From the IMG/VR virus record IMGVR_UViG_3300025914_000010, positions 14,661-78,660 of that record: DNA of 64,000 nt; one strand, given 5' to 3'. This stretch comes from a virus. Numbering within the stretch: the stretch's first letter is position 1; the number at the start of each line of letters is the position of its first letter. The notes beneath the pieces were generated by a model. It saw only the letters and a program-made list of their open reading frames with translations, was not told the origin of the DNA and did no database searches. The position numbers and the translations under genes were made by a program. This document shows, one piece after another, positions 10,112-18,516 of the stretch.

Positions 10112-10698
10112 CCGCCGCCGTCACCGTTACTTAGATCACCGTCCGCCGACATGCCCGCGATTGTCGCCGCCGCAAGCTGCTTCAAATTCCAGTCGAGGTA
10201 TTTGCGCGACCCACTCCAGCCGCCGCTCTGAGCGAGCCACGTCCAAGATACGTACCCTGCGCTCTTAAGCCCCGCACAGACCGCCCCAGAGCCGTAGACG
10301 CCCACATTGTAGGTGTCCTTGCCAATCTGCCCGTGACGTTGCAGGCTATCCCTCACGCCCTTGAAGTAATCGACCACCGTCGCCGCCGGAACGTCGCAAT
10401 CGACCGCGAAGTAGATCGGTGCGCTGAACGGCTGGCCGATGTGCTGCGCGAACGCGAACGCGGCGGCTCCGTCGAGGATGCCTTGCTGGTAGGTGAAGAA
10501 GGAGGCATGGTCGCCGGCACTCTCCCAGACGGTCACTACCGCGAGGAGGGCTTTCGAGAGTGCCTGCACTTCTGCGATCGTCATGTTCTTCCATGCGCTG
10601 TGGCTGATGTACCTCGCGACAAAACTATAGCCGAGACTCTTGATCTCGGCTATGTGGGGCGTGCAATTCTGCGTAGTATCAAGACCTTTGTTTGTCAT
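10096..10698 (-). CDS. Endolysin, DUF1906 (GH25-like) glycoside hydrolase
   Basis: GLDT..GYSFVARY..VWE..PIYFAVD.D..VGVYGSG.VC..W.WLAQS motifs. Confidence 0.85.
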   Translation of the reverse strand: MTNKGLDTTQNCTPHIAEIKSLGYSFVARYISHSAWKNMTIAEVQALSKALLAVVTVWESAGDHASFFTYQQGILDGAAAFAFAQHIGQPFSAPIYFAVDCDVPAATVVDYFKGVRDSLQRHGQIGKDTYNVGVYGSGAVCAGLKSAGYVSWTWLAQSGGWSGSRKYLDWNLKQLAAATIAGMSADGDLSNGDGGGWRLG

Positions 10699-10879
10699 CA
10701 GTGAGAAATCCCAAGCACCTGCCGCCCCACCAGCCAACAGAACACGATCATCGCGATGACGGTGAGCAGGGTTACAATCTCTTTCAGGCGGTCCATAAGG
10801 CGGTATCTGTGTGCAGCGTCAGTACAGCGCTCGACACGAAATCGAGCGTTATTACGAGAAGTCGGGGGCCAAATAACAG

Positions 10880-10910
10880 AAAAGCCTCGCTCCGATGAGG
10901 GAACGAGGCT
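10880..10910 (-). terminator. Intrinsic terminator after the ncRNA cassette
   Basis: AGCCTCGTTCC/GGAGCGAGGCT stem followed by TTTCTGTT on the minus strand. Confidence 0.7.
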
Positions 10911-10917
10911 GCTCGGC

Positions 10918-10964
10918 AAGTTACTCGGAAATTACTCGGAAGTTACTCGGAAGTTACTCGGAAG
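10918..10964. repeat. Tandem repeat, 11-bp unit AAGTTACTCGG, four copies
   Basis: Directly visible; one copy reads AAATTACTCGG. Confidence 0.95.
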
Positions 10965-10967
10965 GTT

Positions 10968-11331
10968 TTTGATCTCTGCGGGCCGGTCGCTTAATCCGGC
11001 TCAGACTGCCCGATTTGTCCGCGCCCGGTGGTTGACTAAACTCCGGTTCGTCGGGTGCCTGTAAGTATAGGTAGTCACTCCTATACCCTGTCTTCCTGGA
11101 GTGAGCGTGTCGATTAAAGGGAGCCAGCCTTCGTTGCCCTTCCACGCCGCCGCAGAGATCAAACCGGTTTTCACTGCCGAACCATCCCAAGGGCAGGTAA
11201 AGGGTTCCTGTTGGCCGCGACTTTCGTCTCGCACCCTCCACGTCAGGCATCTTTCAGCGACAGTGAAATCGGTAGAGGCATATAGGGAGCCTAACGCTTC
11301 ACACGGCATGAAGCCGAGTTTCATGCCTCTA
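10968..11331 (-). ncRNA. Structured non-coding RNA domains 3' of the tRNA, class unknown
   Basis: Three consecutive domains closed by 9-, 11- and 14-bp helices. A G-U pair favours the minus strand. Confidence 0.65.
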
Positions 11332-11405
11332 TAATGGCGGCGCGATTCGAACGCGCACTGTGCAGGGTTTAAGCCTGCTGTCTCCTGCCGTTGGACTACG
11401 CCATC
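11332..11405 (-). tRNA. tRNA-Leu (anticodon UAA), short variable loop, CCA not encoded
   Basis: Cloverleaf: acceptor GATGGCG/CGCCATT, anticodon arm GCAGG-CTTAAAC-CCTGC, T arm GCGCG-TTCGAAT-CGCGC, discriminator A. Confidence 0.9.
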
Positions 11406-11410
11406 GAAGC

Positions 11411-11548
11411 GCAGTCACCTCCGACACGGGTAAGGCGAAAGAGGTGACTGCTTGTGCGAGGTGGTATGGATGGAACTGTAGGTTAAACGCAAATCGTCCG
11501 AATCCGACTCGGAAAATCTAGGTCCTAGACAGCCCACCACGACTCACA
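11411..11548 (-). ncRNA. Structured leader domains 5' of the tRNA
   Basis: Perfect 11-bp hairpin (11411-11421 / 11441-11451) and a multibranch domain (11454-11548). Minus-strand TATAAT at 11554-11559. Confidence 0.55.
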
Positions 11549-11873
11549 TATCTATTATACCCCACCAGTCACCTGCTCACCGTCCGCAGTCCGCTTCCCG
11601 CCCAACCGCCCAACCGCCCCAGCAACTCCTCCTCGCCCAGCCGCTCGGCGTCGGCGGCTATCTGGCGGTCCCAGGCGTCCTGATCGGCCTGCAACTCAGC
11701 ACGCGCTTCGGCGAGTAGATTCGGGTATTCCGGGTCGTCTTTGTAGCGGCGGCTGACGAGTTTGGCGGCAGGGCAGGTAATGGCTGTTGTGGGTCCGTAT
11801 CAATCGGCGGCGTCAATAGTGATTATCGATTTCTGTTAAATTGACCAGAATGCTTGTCGAGTAGTCTACTAAT

Positions 11874-11896
11874 TTTGATCTCAAATCAGGTATAAT
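11874..11896 (+). promoter_or_regulatory. Palindromic TTTGATCTCAAA box plus TATAAT of the HNH cassette promoter
   Basis: TTTTGATCTCAAA-t-CAGGTATAAT, nearly identical to 34213-34236. Confidence 0.7.
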
Positions 11897-11968
11897 TTAG
11901 CAGACAAAACAAAAGCCCCCGCGACGGCTGGAACCGTCCGGGAGCGTGACACCGAAAGGGTAATTTCG

Positions 11969-12595
11969 ATGTGTAAGAAGTTTACCTCAACCCAGAACCA
12001 CAGTCGCACGTGCTTGAATTGTGCCCAACCACTCAAACGCGGCAGTATAAAATATTGCTCAAAAATCTGCCACGATGCTGCTCAAACAATCAATCCCGTT
12101 GTGAATTTCTGGAACCATGTAAGCAAATCCAACATGTGTTGGATTTGGACAGGTTCATTAACAAGACAAAACGGTTATGGCAATTTTGCGTACCGCACGA
12201 ACGGAAAACGCACGTATTGCAATGCTCATCGGTATTCTTGGGAGATACATTTCGGGTGCGTGCCTGCTGGAGTGTGCGTTTTACATAGATGCGATAATCC
12301 GCAATGTGTAAATCCTGACCACCTGTTTCTTGGCACGCATAGAGATAATTCGCAAGACATGGTTTCTAAAGGACGACAAGCGTTTGGTGACAGGCATGGC
12401 TCCCACATTCAACCTGAAACTGTTCAGCGTGGGGAAGATAACGGCAACTCCAAACTTACGCCTGAAATTGTACTTGAAATTCGTCGCCTGTATTTGATCG
12501 AAAAAGTCAAATCACTGGTGATTGCCAACAAATTCAATATCTCCCAAGTTACCGTGACAAATATTGCACATCGCCGATCTTGGCAACATGTTTAG
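11969..12595 (+). CDS. HNH homing endonuclease
   Basis: CWIWTG..AHRYSW..VLHRCDNPQCVNPDHL.LGT..DN..DM..KGR plus a C-terminal HTH. Confidence 0.92.
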   Translation: MCKKFTSTQNHSRTCLNCAQPLKRGSIKYCSKICHDAAQTINPVVNFWNHVSKSNMCWIWTGSLTRQNGYGNFAYRTNGKRTYCNAHRYSWEIHFGCVPAGVCVLHRCDNPQCVNPDHLFLGTHRDNSQDMVSKGRQAFGDRHGSHIQPETVQRGEDNGNSKLTPEIVLEIRRLYLIEKVKSLVIANKFNISQVTVTNIAHRRSWQHV

Positions 12596-12807
12596 TCTGT
12601 ATCCGTAACCGGTGGGGGGCTGACAACCTCCGTTTTCGTCACACTCTGCACGCTCTGAGGTTGCAGGCTCTCCTGTGGCACGAGCACACCGAGCAATACC
12701 AAAAGAAGGTGCTCTATGATCGGCGGTACGGGCTGCTTCGCTACACCGAGCGCGATTTCCGCAACGACGCAGAGGGCCATGATGATTACGAGCGGGTTGA
12801 ACTTCAT
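12592..12807 (-). CDS. Putative holin (two transmembrane segments)
   Basis: Two hydrophobic segments; lysis region. Confidence 0.5.
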   Translation of the reverse strand: MKFNPLVIIMALCVVAEIALGVAKQPVPPIIEHLLLVLLGVLVPQESLQPQSVQSVTKTEVVSPPPVTDTD

Positions 12808-13070
12808 GGCGCGGCCGGCTCCTGCCCGGTTTGCGGAGGGTCCGGCGTCGTGGTCGGCAGTACCGGCGATTGCGGGACGAGCGGCAGAGGTGCGCCAATT
12901 GCCGTAGTGTCTTGTCCGACATCCATTGGCTGATAGTTGCCGCTTGACGTGTAGGTGATCAGCGGCACGAACAGTCCCGCGAGATCGGAGTACAGTTCTC
13001 GCGCTTCGTCGATCGGCAACGTGATCGTCGTGCCGTCGCGGAGGGTTTTGGTGATGCTGATGTTGCTCAT
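12804..13070 (-). CDS. Hypothetical protein
   Basis: ATGA coupling to the next gene. Confidence 0.5.
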   Translation of the reverse strand: MSNISITKTLRDGTTITLPIDEARELYSDLAGLFVPLITYTSSGNYQPMDVGQDTTAIGAPLPLVPQSPVLPTTTPDPPQTGQEPAAP

Positions 13071-13084
13071 GCTATAATCCACCT

Positions 13085-13276
13085 ATGGAAACAAACTTGG
13101 ATGGTTGGCTAATCACCGACGCTATCGCCCACCTGCTAAAACTCGCAGCCCCGCCTTCAGACTGCCCACAGAAGCCCGTAGAAGCCACGCACAGCGTCGA
13201 TGCGGACGAGGGTGGGTATTGGGGCTTCTGTGACGTGTGCGGTCATACGTGGCAGTTTTGCGAGTGTCCTGACTAG
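13085..13276 (+). CDS. Small protein with C-terminal Cys cluster
   Basis: FCDVCGH..FCEC; TATAAT just upstream. Confidence 0.45.
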   Translation: METNLDGWLITDAIAHLLKLAAPPSDCPQKPVEATHSVDADEGGYWGFCDVCGHTWQFCECPD

Positions 13277-13572
13277 GGCTTGCCGTACTTAGCCTCAGCC
13301 GCCTGCATCATCGCTCTGGATTTCTGAAACGGATCTCCGCCGCCCTCGATGGTCTTCACGACATCCCCGCGTATCACGCCCGCCTCGTCCGCCGCCTCCG
13401 AGAGCCACTGCATCGCAATCGCCTTGAGCGTCGCCACTTCATCGGGCTTGTCGTGGCCGACCGCGAAGACGAGCATTCGCGCGAAGTCGGCACTGTACTG
13501 CAAGCCGCGCTCCACACCCTTTTCTACTCCGGGGACGATGCCGCCGAGTAGGGAACCGAAATCGAATGCCAT
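13273..13572 (-). CDS. Hypothetical lysis-region protein
   Basis: GGAGG RBS. Confidence 0.55.
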   Translation of the reverse strand: MAFDFGSLLGGIVPGVEKGVERGLQYSADFARMLVFAVGHDKPDEVATLKAIAMQWLSEAADEAGVIRGDVVKTIEGGGDPFQKSRAMMQAAEAKYGKP

Positions 13573-13574
13573 TG

Positions 13575-13748
13575 TTAGCCTCCCTTTCCGCCGAACACCG
13601 CGTACCCGAGAATACACAAATCAATGACAACCAACATGAACGCCCCGTTGTGGTACAGCGGGCGGTTCGCCTCCGGTGCAAAGTTGACGCCGAGTGCTGC
13701 TAAAATCAAGAGCAGTGTAGAAACGATAAAGACGACTGTCAGTAACAT
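13575..13748 (-). CDS. 57-aa two-TM membrane protein (holin-like), absent from the ORF track
   Basis: MLLTVVFIVSTLLLILAALGVNF..FMLVVIDLCILGYAVFGGKGG; AAGGAG RBS. Confidence 0.65.
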   Translation of the reverse strand: MLLTVVFIVSTLLLILAALGVNFAPEANRPLYHNGAFMLVVIDLCILGYAVFGGKGG

Positions 13749-13766
13749 CTCGATTACTCCTTCCTC

Positions 13767-14258
13767 CTACCCAATCACATCGCTCTCCGGGTGCAGCAAA
13801 TTCATCTGCCGCCGCAGGCTCTCGCACTCTCCAGCCAACCTGCGGTTCTCGTTGCGTAGGTTGGCGAACTCGGTGTCCCGGTCTTTCATCGCGGCGCGCA
13901 GGTCGGCGTTCTCGGTCATCAGCCGCGCGTTCTGTTCCTGTACGGCGACAATCTCCCGCCGCGCCGCCAGCGTCTCGTTGCGCGACGTGTTTAACTCCGA
14001 TTCGATGCCGCGAAACTTCTGGCTGAATTCTGCTTCCATGCTGCGCATCGTGTTTTCAACCGTGTCGAACCGCTCAACCGCCTTCAGTTCGCGATCCTGC
14101 GCGAGCCGCTTGTCGGTGTCCTTGCTTTCGAGTATCTTGCTGAGAAGCGAATAGCGGCTTGTCACGAACGCGGCGATGACTGCGCCGGAAACGGTGACGA
14201 TCGCGAGGAACGCCGCAAAAAACGTGGGGAAGTTCCAGCCGGGAGTAAAGGTGGGCAT
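13767..14258 (-). CDS. Membrane-anchored coiled-coil protein (lysis accessory)
   Basis: N-terminal TM segment followed by a long heptad pattern. Confidence 0.6.
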   Translation of the reverse strand: MPTFTPGWNFPTFFAAFLAIVTVSGAVIAAFVTSRYSLLSKILESKDTDKRLAQDRELKAVERFDTVENTMRSMEAEFSQKFRGIESELNTSRNETLAARREIVAVQEQNARLMTENADLRAAMKDRDTEFANLRNENRRLAGECESLRRQMNLLHPESDVIG

Positions 14259-14364
14259 AGGCTGTTTTCCTCGTAAGGTCAGGGTGCCATCCATAGCCGT
14301 AAATCTCCGTCCTGAGAAATCTAATGGCAGGGATAGATGCGCCGGGCAGGTGGAAAACTCGTTG

Positions 14365-14706
14365 TCAGTCCTTAATCAGAACGCCGACCGTCGGCGTCTC
14401 AGTGTCGTCGTCCCAGTGCGCCTTAAATTTCAGGTAGTACCATTGGCCGGAAATCAACCCGAGCGTGGTTGGGTCGAAGTCCTCGAAACTCACGTACCAC
14501 GTCGTATCAGCCGCCGTCGTGCCCGCCTGATTGACAAACCCGCCGGTTGCATCCGTGATCGGCGGCGTCCCAGCAGGCGCGTTGCTGCCGTCCACGAGCG
14601 AGCAGGTGACGGCGGTGATGGTGGTCGCCTCTCGGAACGTGATCGTCGCCGCCACGTCTTTGACGCTGCCCTGCCGTCGCGTGATGAGACTGTCTGCTTG
14701 GATCAT
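14365..14706 (-). CDS. Hypothetical virion-associated protein
   Basis: Beta-rich ORF coupled to the upstream gene. Confidence 0.55.
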   Translation of the reverse strand: MIQADSLITRRQGSVKDVAATITFREATTITAVTCSLVDGSNAPAGTPPITDATGGFVNQAGTTAADTTWYVSFEDFDPTTLGLISGQWYYLKFKAHWDDDTETPTVGVLIKD

Positions 14707-16040
14707 TCGGCACTCCCGTACACTGGTTCGGCTGGTCCTGCGCTGTAGACGGCATCGGCGGGGCCGTCGCTGTACTTGGCGGGGTTGTACGGCGGTGTGG
14801 CAACCAGCCGAACGTTCTTCCGTAGCAACGCCAGCGCTGCCGCGCCTGCCGCGTTTAGGTGAACGCCGTCGCCGCTGTTGTACGCGCTCAAAAGATCATC
14901 GTTCTGCCCGGTCGATGTTCGGTTCTGTCCAAACGCCGACCAGCAGGACACCACTCGCACGTTACTCTTGCCACTCGCCCATGACGCCAGCGCAGTATTC
15001 CACGAGCGAACCGCCGCTGCCTGAGTATCGTTGAAGTTGCTGTCCGGTAGCACCTCATCAATGAAGATCGGATTGACCGTGCCCCACAGCGTCCGGATGC
15101 TGTCGAGGTCCGCCTGGATCGCCGCGTTCGATCGTCCGCCCGCGATGTCATTCACCACGCAGTGTATCCAAAGCTCGGTTGCGCCGCAGGCAACGGAACC
15201 GTGCATTCCAGTTCCACTCAGGATCGCAGGGACGCCCGTCGAGAGTACCCATGCGAGGGTTTGCGACCCATTCGCAAAATCCTGGTAGTTCCACGAGCCG
15301 CCGATCAGCGGCTTCATGTTGTAGCCAAGTTCGCAAAGAGGCGCACCGTCTGAGCCGACGGCCGGACCGGTTCCATCGAAGTAGGAAGTGAATGTTCCTC
15401 CGTGACCAACCTCGATCGAATCGCCGGTCATTGCGGCGGTCGGCTGCGCTCCGAAGAATTCCAGATCGAGCGCAAAATTGGCGACCGTGTTGGGGAAGTT
15501 TACATTCGTGCCGCCCGGACTGCCCGCCACCCAGGGTATGTTGTTCCCCGAGGAGGCAGCGACCGAGATATCTGTAAAGGCAGCCCCGCCGCCATCAATG
15601 TCGACCCACACCCCGCACACGTCGCCCACTCGAACGCCGGTAATTGGCGTCGTAAGCGTGCGAGTCTGATTGCTGCCTGTAATTGGCGTGAAGGCTTCTG
15701 AAGCGCCCACGAAGTCGTAATTCGATCCGTTGACACGATAAACAACGAATTGCATTCCGTTGGTTGTGCCCGCAGTGACGCACCGATACGAGACGGCAGT
15801 AATGCTCCCAGCCTGAAGCATCCGATCCGTGACAATCCCGTCGAGGAAGACTCTCCCTCCGGCTCCGCCCGCCAACTGACTGCTGTTTACGAAATTACCG
15901 GAGCCGAAACCGCCCCATGAAGCGTTACTCATAGATGTATGTGTTATCCGAATCCTGAGATTTGCTGGTTTGAGACTCGCAGTTGGATGAGCGCAACTAG
16001 CAAGAGAAAAAGCGAGCAGTATAGCGAGCACGTATCGCAT
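14703..16040 (-). CDS. SGNH/GDSL hydrolase with lipoprotein-like signal peptide
   Basis: GDS, G, ND and DGVH catalytic blocks; MRYVLAILLAFSLASC lipobox. Confidence 0.8.
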   Translation of the reverse strand: MRYVLAILLAFSLASCAHPTASLKPANLRIRITHTSMSNASWGGFGSGNFVNSSQLAGGAGGRVFLDGIVTDRMLQAGSITAVSYRCVTAGTTNGMQFVVYRVNGSNYDFVGASEAFTPITGSNQTRTLTTPITGVRVGDVCGVWVDIDGGGAAFTDISVAASSGNNIPWVAGSPGGTNVNFPNTVANFALDLEFFGAQPTAAMTGDSIEVGHGGTFTSYFDGTGPAVGSDGAPLCELGYNMKPLIGGSWNYQDFANGSQTLAWVLSTGVPAILSGTGMHGSVACGATELWIHCVVNDIAGGRSNAAIQADLDSIRTLWGTVNPIFIDEVLPDSNFNDTQAAAVRSWNTALASWASGKSNVRVVSCWSAFGQNRTSTGQNDDLLSAYNSGDGVHLNAAGAAALALLRKNVRLVATPPYNPAKYSDGPADAVYSAGPAEPVYGSAE

Positions 16041-16333
16041 GTGTCAACACCTCCGATGAGATGTTCGGCACAATTTATGCCTAGCCCTAATCAACAGGAA
16101 GCAGTAGCCCCGCCACCCTCCTCCTCGCCCTCTGGCACGCCCTCCACCTGCCGGGCGAGGACGCGGTCGCCAACGTCGTCGGGGGCGTGCTGCTGACGGT
16201 CGGGTTTGCGTGTTACCGGCCGTGGCGGGGGCCGAGGGGATGGTGACAAACAAAAAGAGCCGGGATCGCTCCCAACTCAAGAAACGCTCAATACTTTCCT
16301 GCACAATCACCAGGCGAGCGGTATCTACCCTCT

Positions 16334-16519
16334 ATGCCCAACTGCGTGACCGCCATCATCCTGCTGCTCATCGCCGCCGCGCTTATCATCTCCGACCTGC
16401 GCGACCGATGGCGTCTGCGCCGGCAGCTCCGGCAGCAGGAGCGCGAGTGGGCCGAGCAGGATCACCGCGCGCTGGTGAGAGCCAGCGAGGATGAGGACGG
16501 CCTGCTGAGGCCCAAGTAG
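16334..16519 (+). CDS. Small membrane protein antisense to the tail operon
   Basis: One TM segment plus a charged tail. Confidence 0.45.
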   Translation: MPNCVTAIILLLIAAALIISDLRDRWRLRRQLRQQEREWAEQDHRALVRASEDEDGLLRPK

Positions 16520-17155
16520 CTATCCCACGCTGCCGTAAGCCCGTGTCGGCCCGAGCTGCAGCTGCGTCAGCTGCAAGACCGGCGTATTCCCGATCCACGC
16601 ATCAAAACCGTCCGTCCGGGCCGTATCATCCCTCAATTTGTCGAACCAGCACACACTGTCCAGCCGGTCCAGGTTGTTGAACAGGTCCACCCACACCGTT
16701 CCCGCCACGATAGGGCTGACATTGACGGTGATCGTTACCCAACCTGCCCCGCTCGCCGCCGTGCCGGTCACATCAGCCCGAATGCCAGCATCCCCATTGG
16801 CGCGAACGACCATCGTAGGCCGAGGACTGAGGTTGAGCGGCTGGTACACGTCCACCGAGAGAGTTCGCGCTCCGGCAGCGAAGGTCCATGCGATCCGGCA
16901 GACGCCGCGTAACTGCATCTTCATCGATGGCGCAACGGGACTGCCTACCGTTGCGTCCCGCGAGACCACGCAGATCGGTCGTCCGTCGCAGCCTGCCGCA
17001 CCCCGGAACATGCCCGGAGAAGAGATCGTCGCCCCAGGCTGCGCATAGGAGTACCTGCCCGTCGCATGTCCGCCCTGGCGGTAAGTCCATGATTGCGAAA
17101 GACCCCCAGGATACGCCTGCCCGGAATGTTTTGCGATCGCGCCTAAATCTGTCAT
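16520..17155 (-). CDS. Putative tail-associated protein
   Basis: Position in the tail module. Confidence 0.55.
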   Translation of the reverse strand: MTDLGAIAKHSGQAYPGGLSQSWTYRQGGHATGRYSYAQPGATISSPGMFRGAAGCDGRPICVVSRDATVGSPVAPSMKMQLRGVCRIAWTFAAGARTLSVDVYQPLNLSPRPTMVVRANGDAGIRADVTGTAASGAGWVTITVNVSPIVAGTVWVDLFNNLDRLDSVCWFDKLRDDTARTDGFDAWIGNTPVLQLTQLQLGPTRAYGSVG

Positions 17156-17156
17156 C

Positions 17157-18509
17157 TTACGAACTCGTCAGCCAGGTGTTCGAGGTCTCTATGGCCATCC
17201 ACCCGGGGCTGGAGCTTCCGCCAACGCCGCTGATAACCATAAAAGAGCGCGACACCCCGTCCACAACCCCGCTAAAGGTAGTCCCGTCTGGGACCGACGC
17301 AACATACGTGAACTGGCTGTGGCAGATCGCCCACACGCCTCTCAGGTAGGCACGGCGGCCCGCAGTCGGAGGCGTTGTGTTATCGTAGATGCAGAGCTTG
17401 CACACGTAAAGGCCGCCGTCGAGATTGTTCGGGTAAACCATCGCGCCTGAGAAAGCCGAGCTGTTCATAGCAATGGAGTCTGCGGGCGTTTTGATTACCG
17501 GTACAGAGCCTCCTAGGCCCGTATACCCGCGATCCATATAATGCCCGGAAGTTGTGGTCGTCATAGTAGTCGCAAGAACACCAAAACAGTCCGTGCTGGA
17601 GAGAATGACGGTGCTATTCTCTGTTGTCCGCCCAATAATTATGTTGCGGTACGAGTCCCCATTCGCGACCGAGCACGCGTCTCCGAAATGGAAGTTTGTG
17701 GCGTTCCCCGCACTGTCACCGGAAAAGATCATGAGCGTGAACGTTTTATCGTCCGCGATCACCCTCCAGACCCTCGTTGTGGAGGTCGCAGCGGCGCTCT
17801 TGCGCACGATAATGCCCGCGGCAAACTGCGCCGCCGTAGGATAGGCCTGCGTGCCCGTCCCGACCGCGCTCATCGTCTCGTAGCCGCGAAGTCGAGCTTC
17901 CTGAGTCGTCGCAGCCCCGGGCCCGGTGTCGTCCACGTCCAGGTATTGCAGGATGCCGCCGCCCTGCTTATACGCCCGCTTGTTGCTCGCGGTGTATGCC
18001 TCCAGCCAGCCGAGCACGGTTATCGAAGCAGCCTGCGGGTTCGTCGTTGGATTGGCTGAAGCCCGCACGCGCACCCAGTATTGCGTCACCGAGTTGACGG
18101 CCTTCGTCGCCCAGTCGGAAGGAGCGGTCCAGGTCAAAGTGCCACTCGCCGTCAACCCAGAAGTTCCATCGGAAACCGTCAGCGTCGTCCAGGCCGAGCC
18201 GTTCCAATACTCCCAGACGATGGTTCCGCCCACGCCCAGCGTGTTCAGATTGATCGTCACCTGCGAGAACTTATTGGTCATGCCAATGTAAGTTCGATCG
18301 CCGCTTGCTGGCGTTGGAAACAGCTTGAACTGCGTTCCGCCGTCGAGCCTGGCTTCCGTTGTGTTGTCCGTGAAGCTGACATCGTCCGCCGTCGAGAAGA
18401 CAGAGTTAACGACCAGGCACGAGCTGAGCACGTTGATCAGCGCCCCGGCAAGGCCGGTCATCGATTGAGCGCCGCTGTCGGTCGACTGAAACAGGATGGG
18501 TGCTGCCAT
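17157..18509 (-). CDS. Virion structural / tail protein
   Basis: STDSGAQSMTG.AGALINVL..CLV N-terminus resembles phage tail proteins; T/S/G-rich. Confidence 0.65.
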   Translation of the reverse strand: MAAPILFQSTDSGAQSMTGLAGALINVLSSCLVVNSVFSTADDVSFTDNTTEARLDGGTQFKLFPTPASGDRTYIGMTNKFSQVTINLNTLGVGGTIVWEYWNGSAWTTLTVSDGTSGLTASGTLTWTAPSDWATKAVNSVTQYWVRVRASANPTTNPQAASITVLGWLEAYTASNKRAYKQGGGILQYLDVDDTGPGAATTQEARLRGYETMSAVGTGTQAYPTAAQFAAGIIVRKSAAATSTTRVWRVIADDKTFTLMIFSGDSAGNATNFHFGDACSVANGDSYRNIIIGRTTENSTVILSSTDCFGVLATTMTTTTSGHYMDRGYTGLGGSVPVIKTPADSIAMNSSAFSGAMVYPNNLDGGLYVCKLCIYDNTTPPTAGRRAYLRGVWAICHSQFTYVASVPDGTTFSGVVDGVSRSFMVISGVGGSSSPGWMAIETSNTWLTSS

Positions 18510-18516
18510 CTCTCTC

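Noticed and set aside
10918-10964. 11-bp tandem repeat as a mini-CRISPR or replication iterons
   Set aside because: There are no spacers, and it lies far from the replication gene. Kept only as a simple tandem repeat.
10968-11163. tmRNA
   Set aside because: There is no GGGG 5' end, no G3-U alanine identity pair, no canonical T-loop or CCA, and no tag ORF.
11169-11268. A third hammerhead (CTGAAAGA...GACGAAA)
   Set aside because: The core does not fit CUGANGA, and stems II/III with a UH site cannot be formed.
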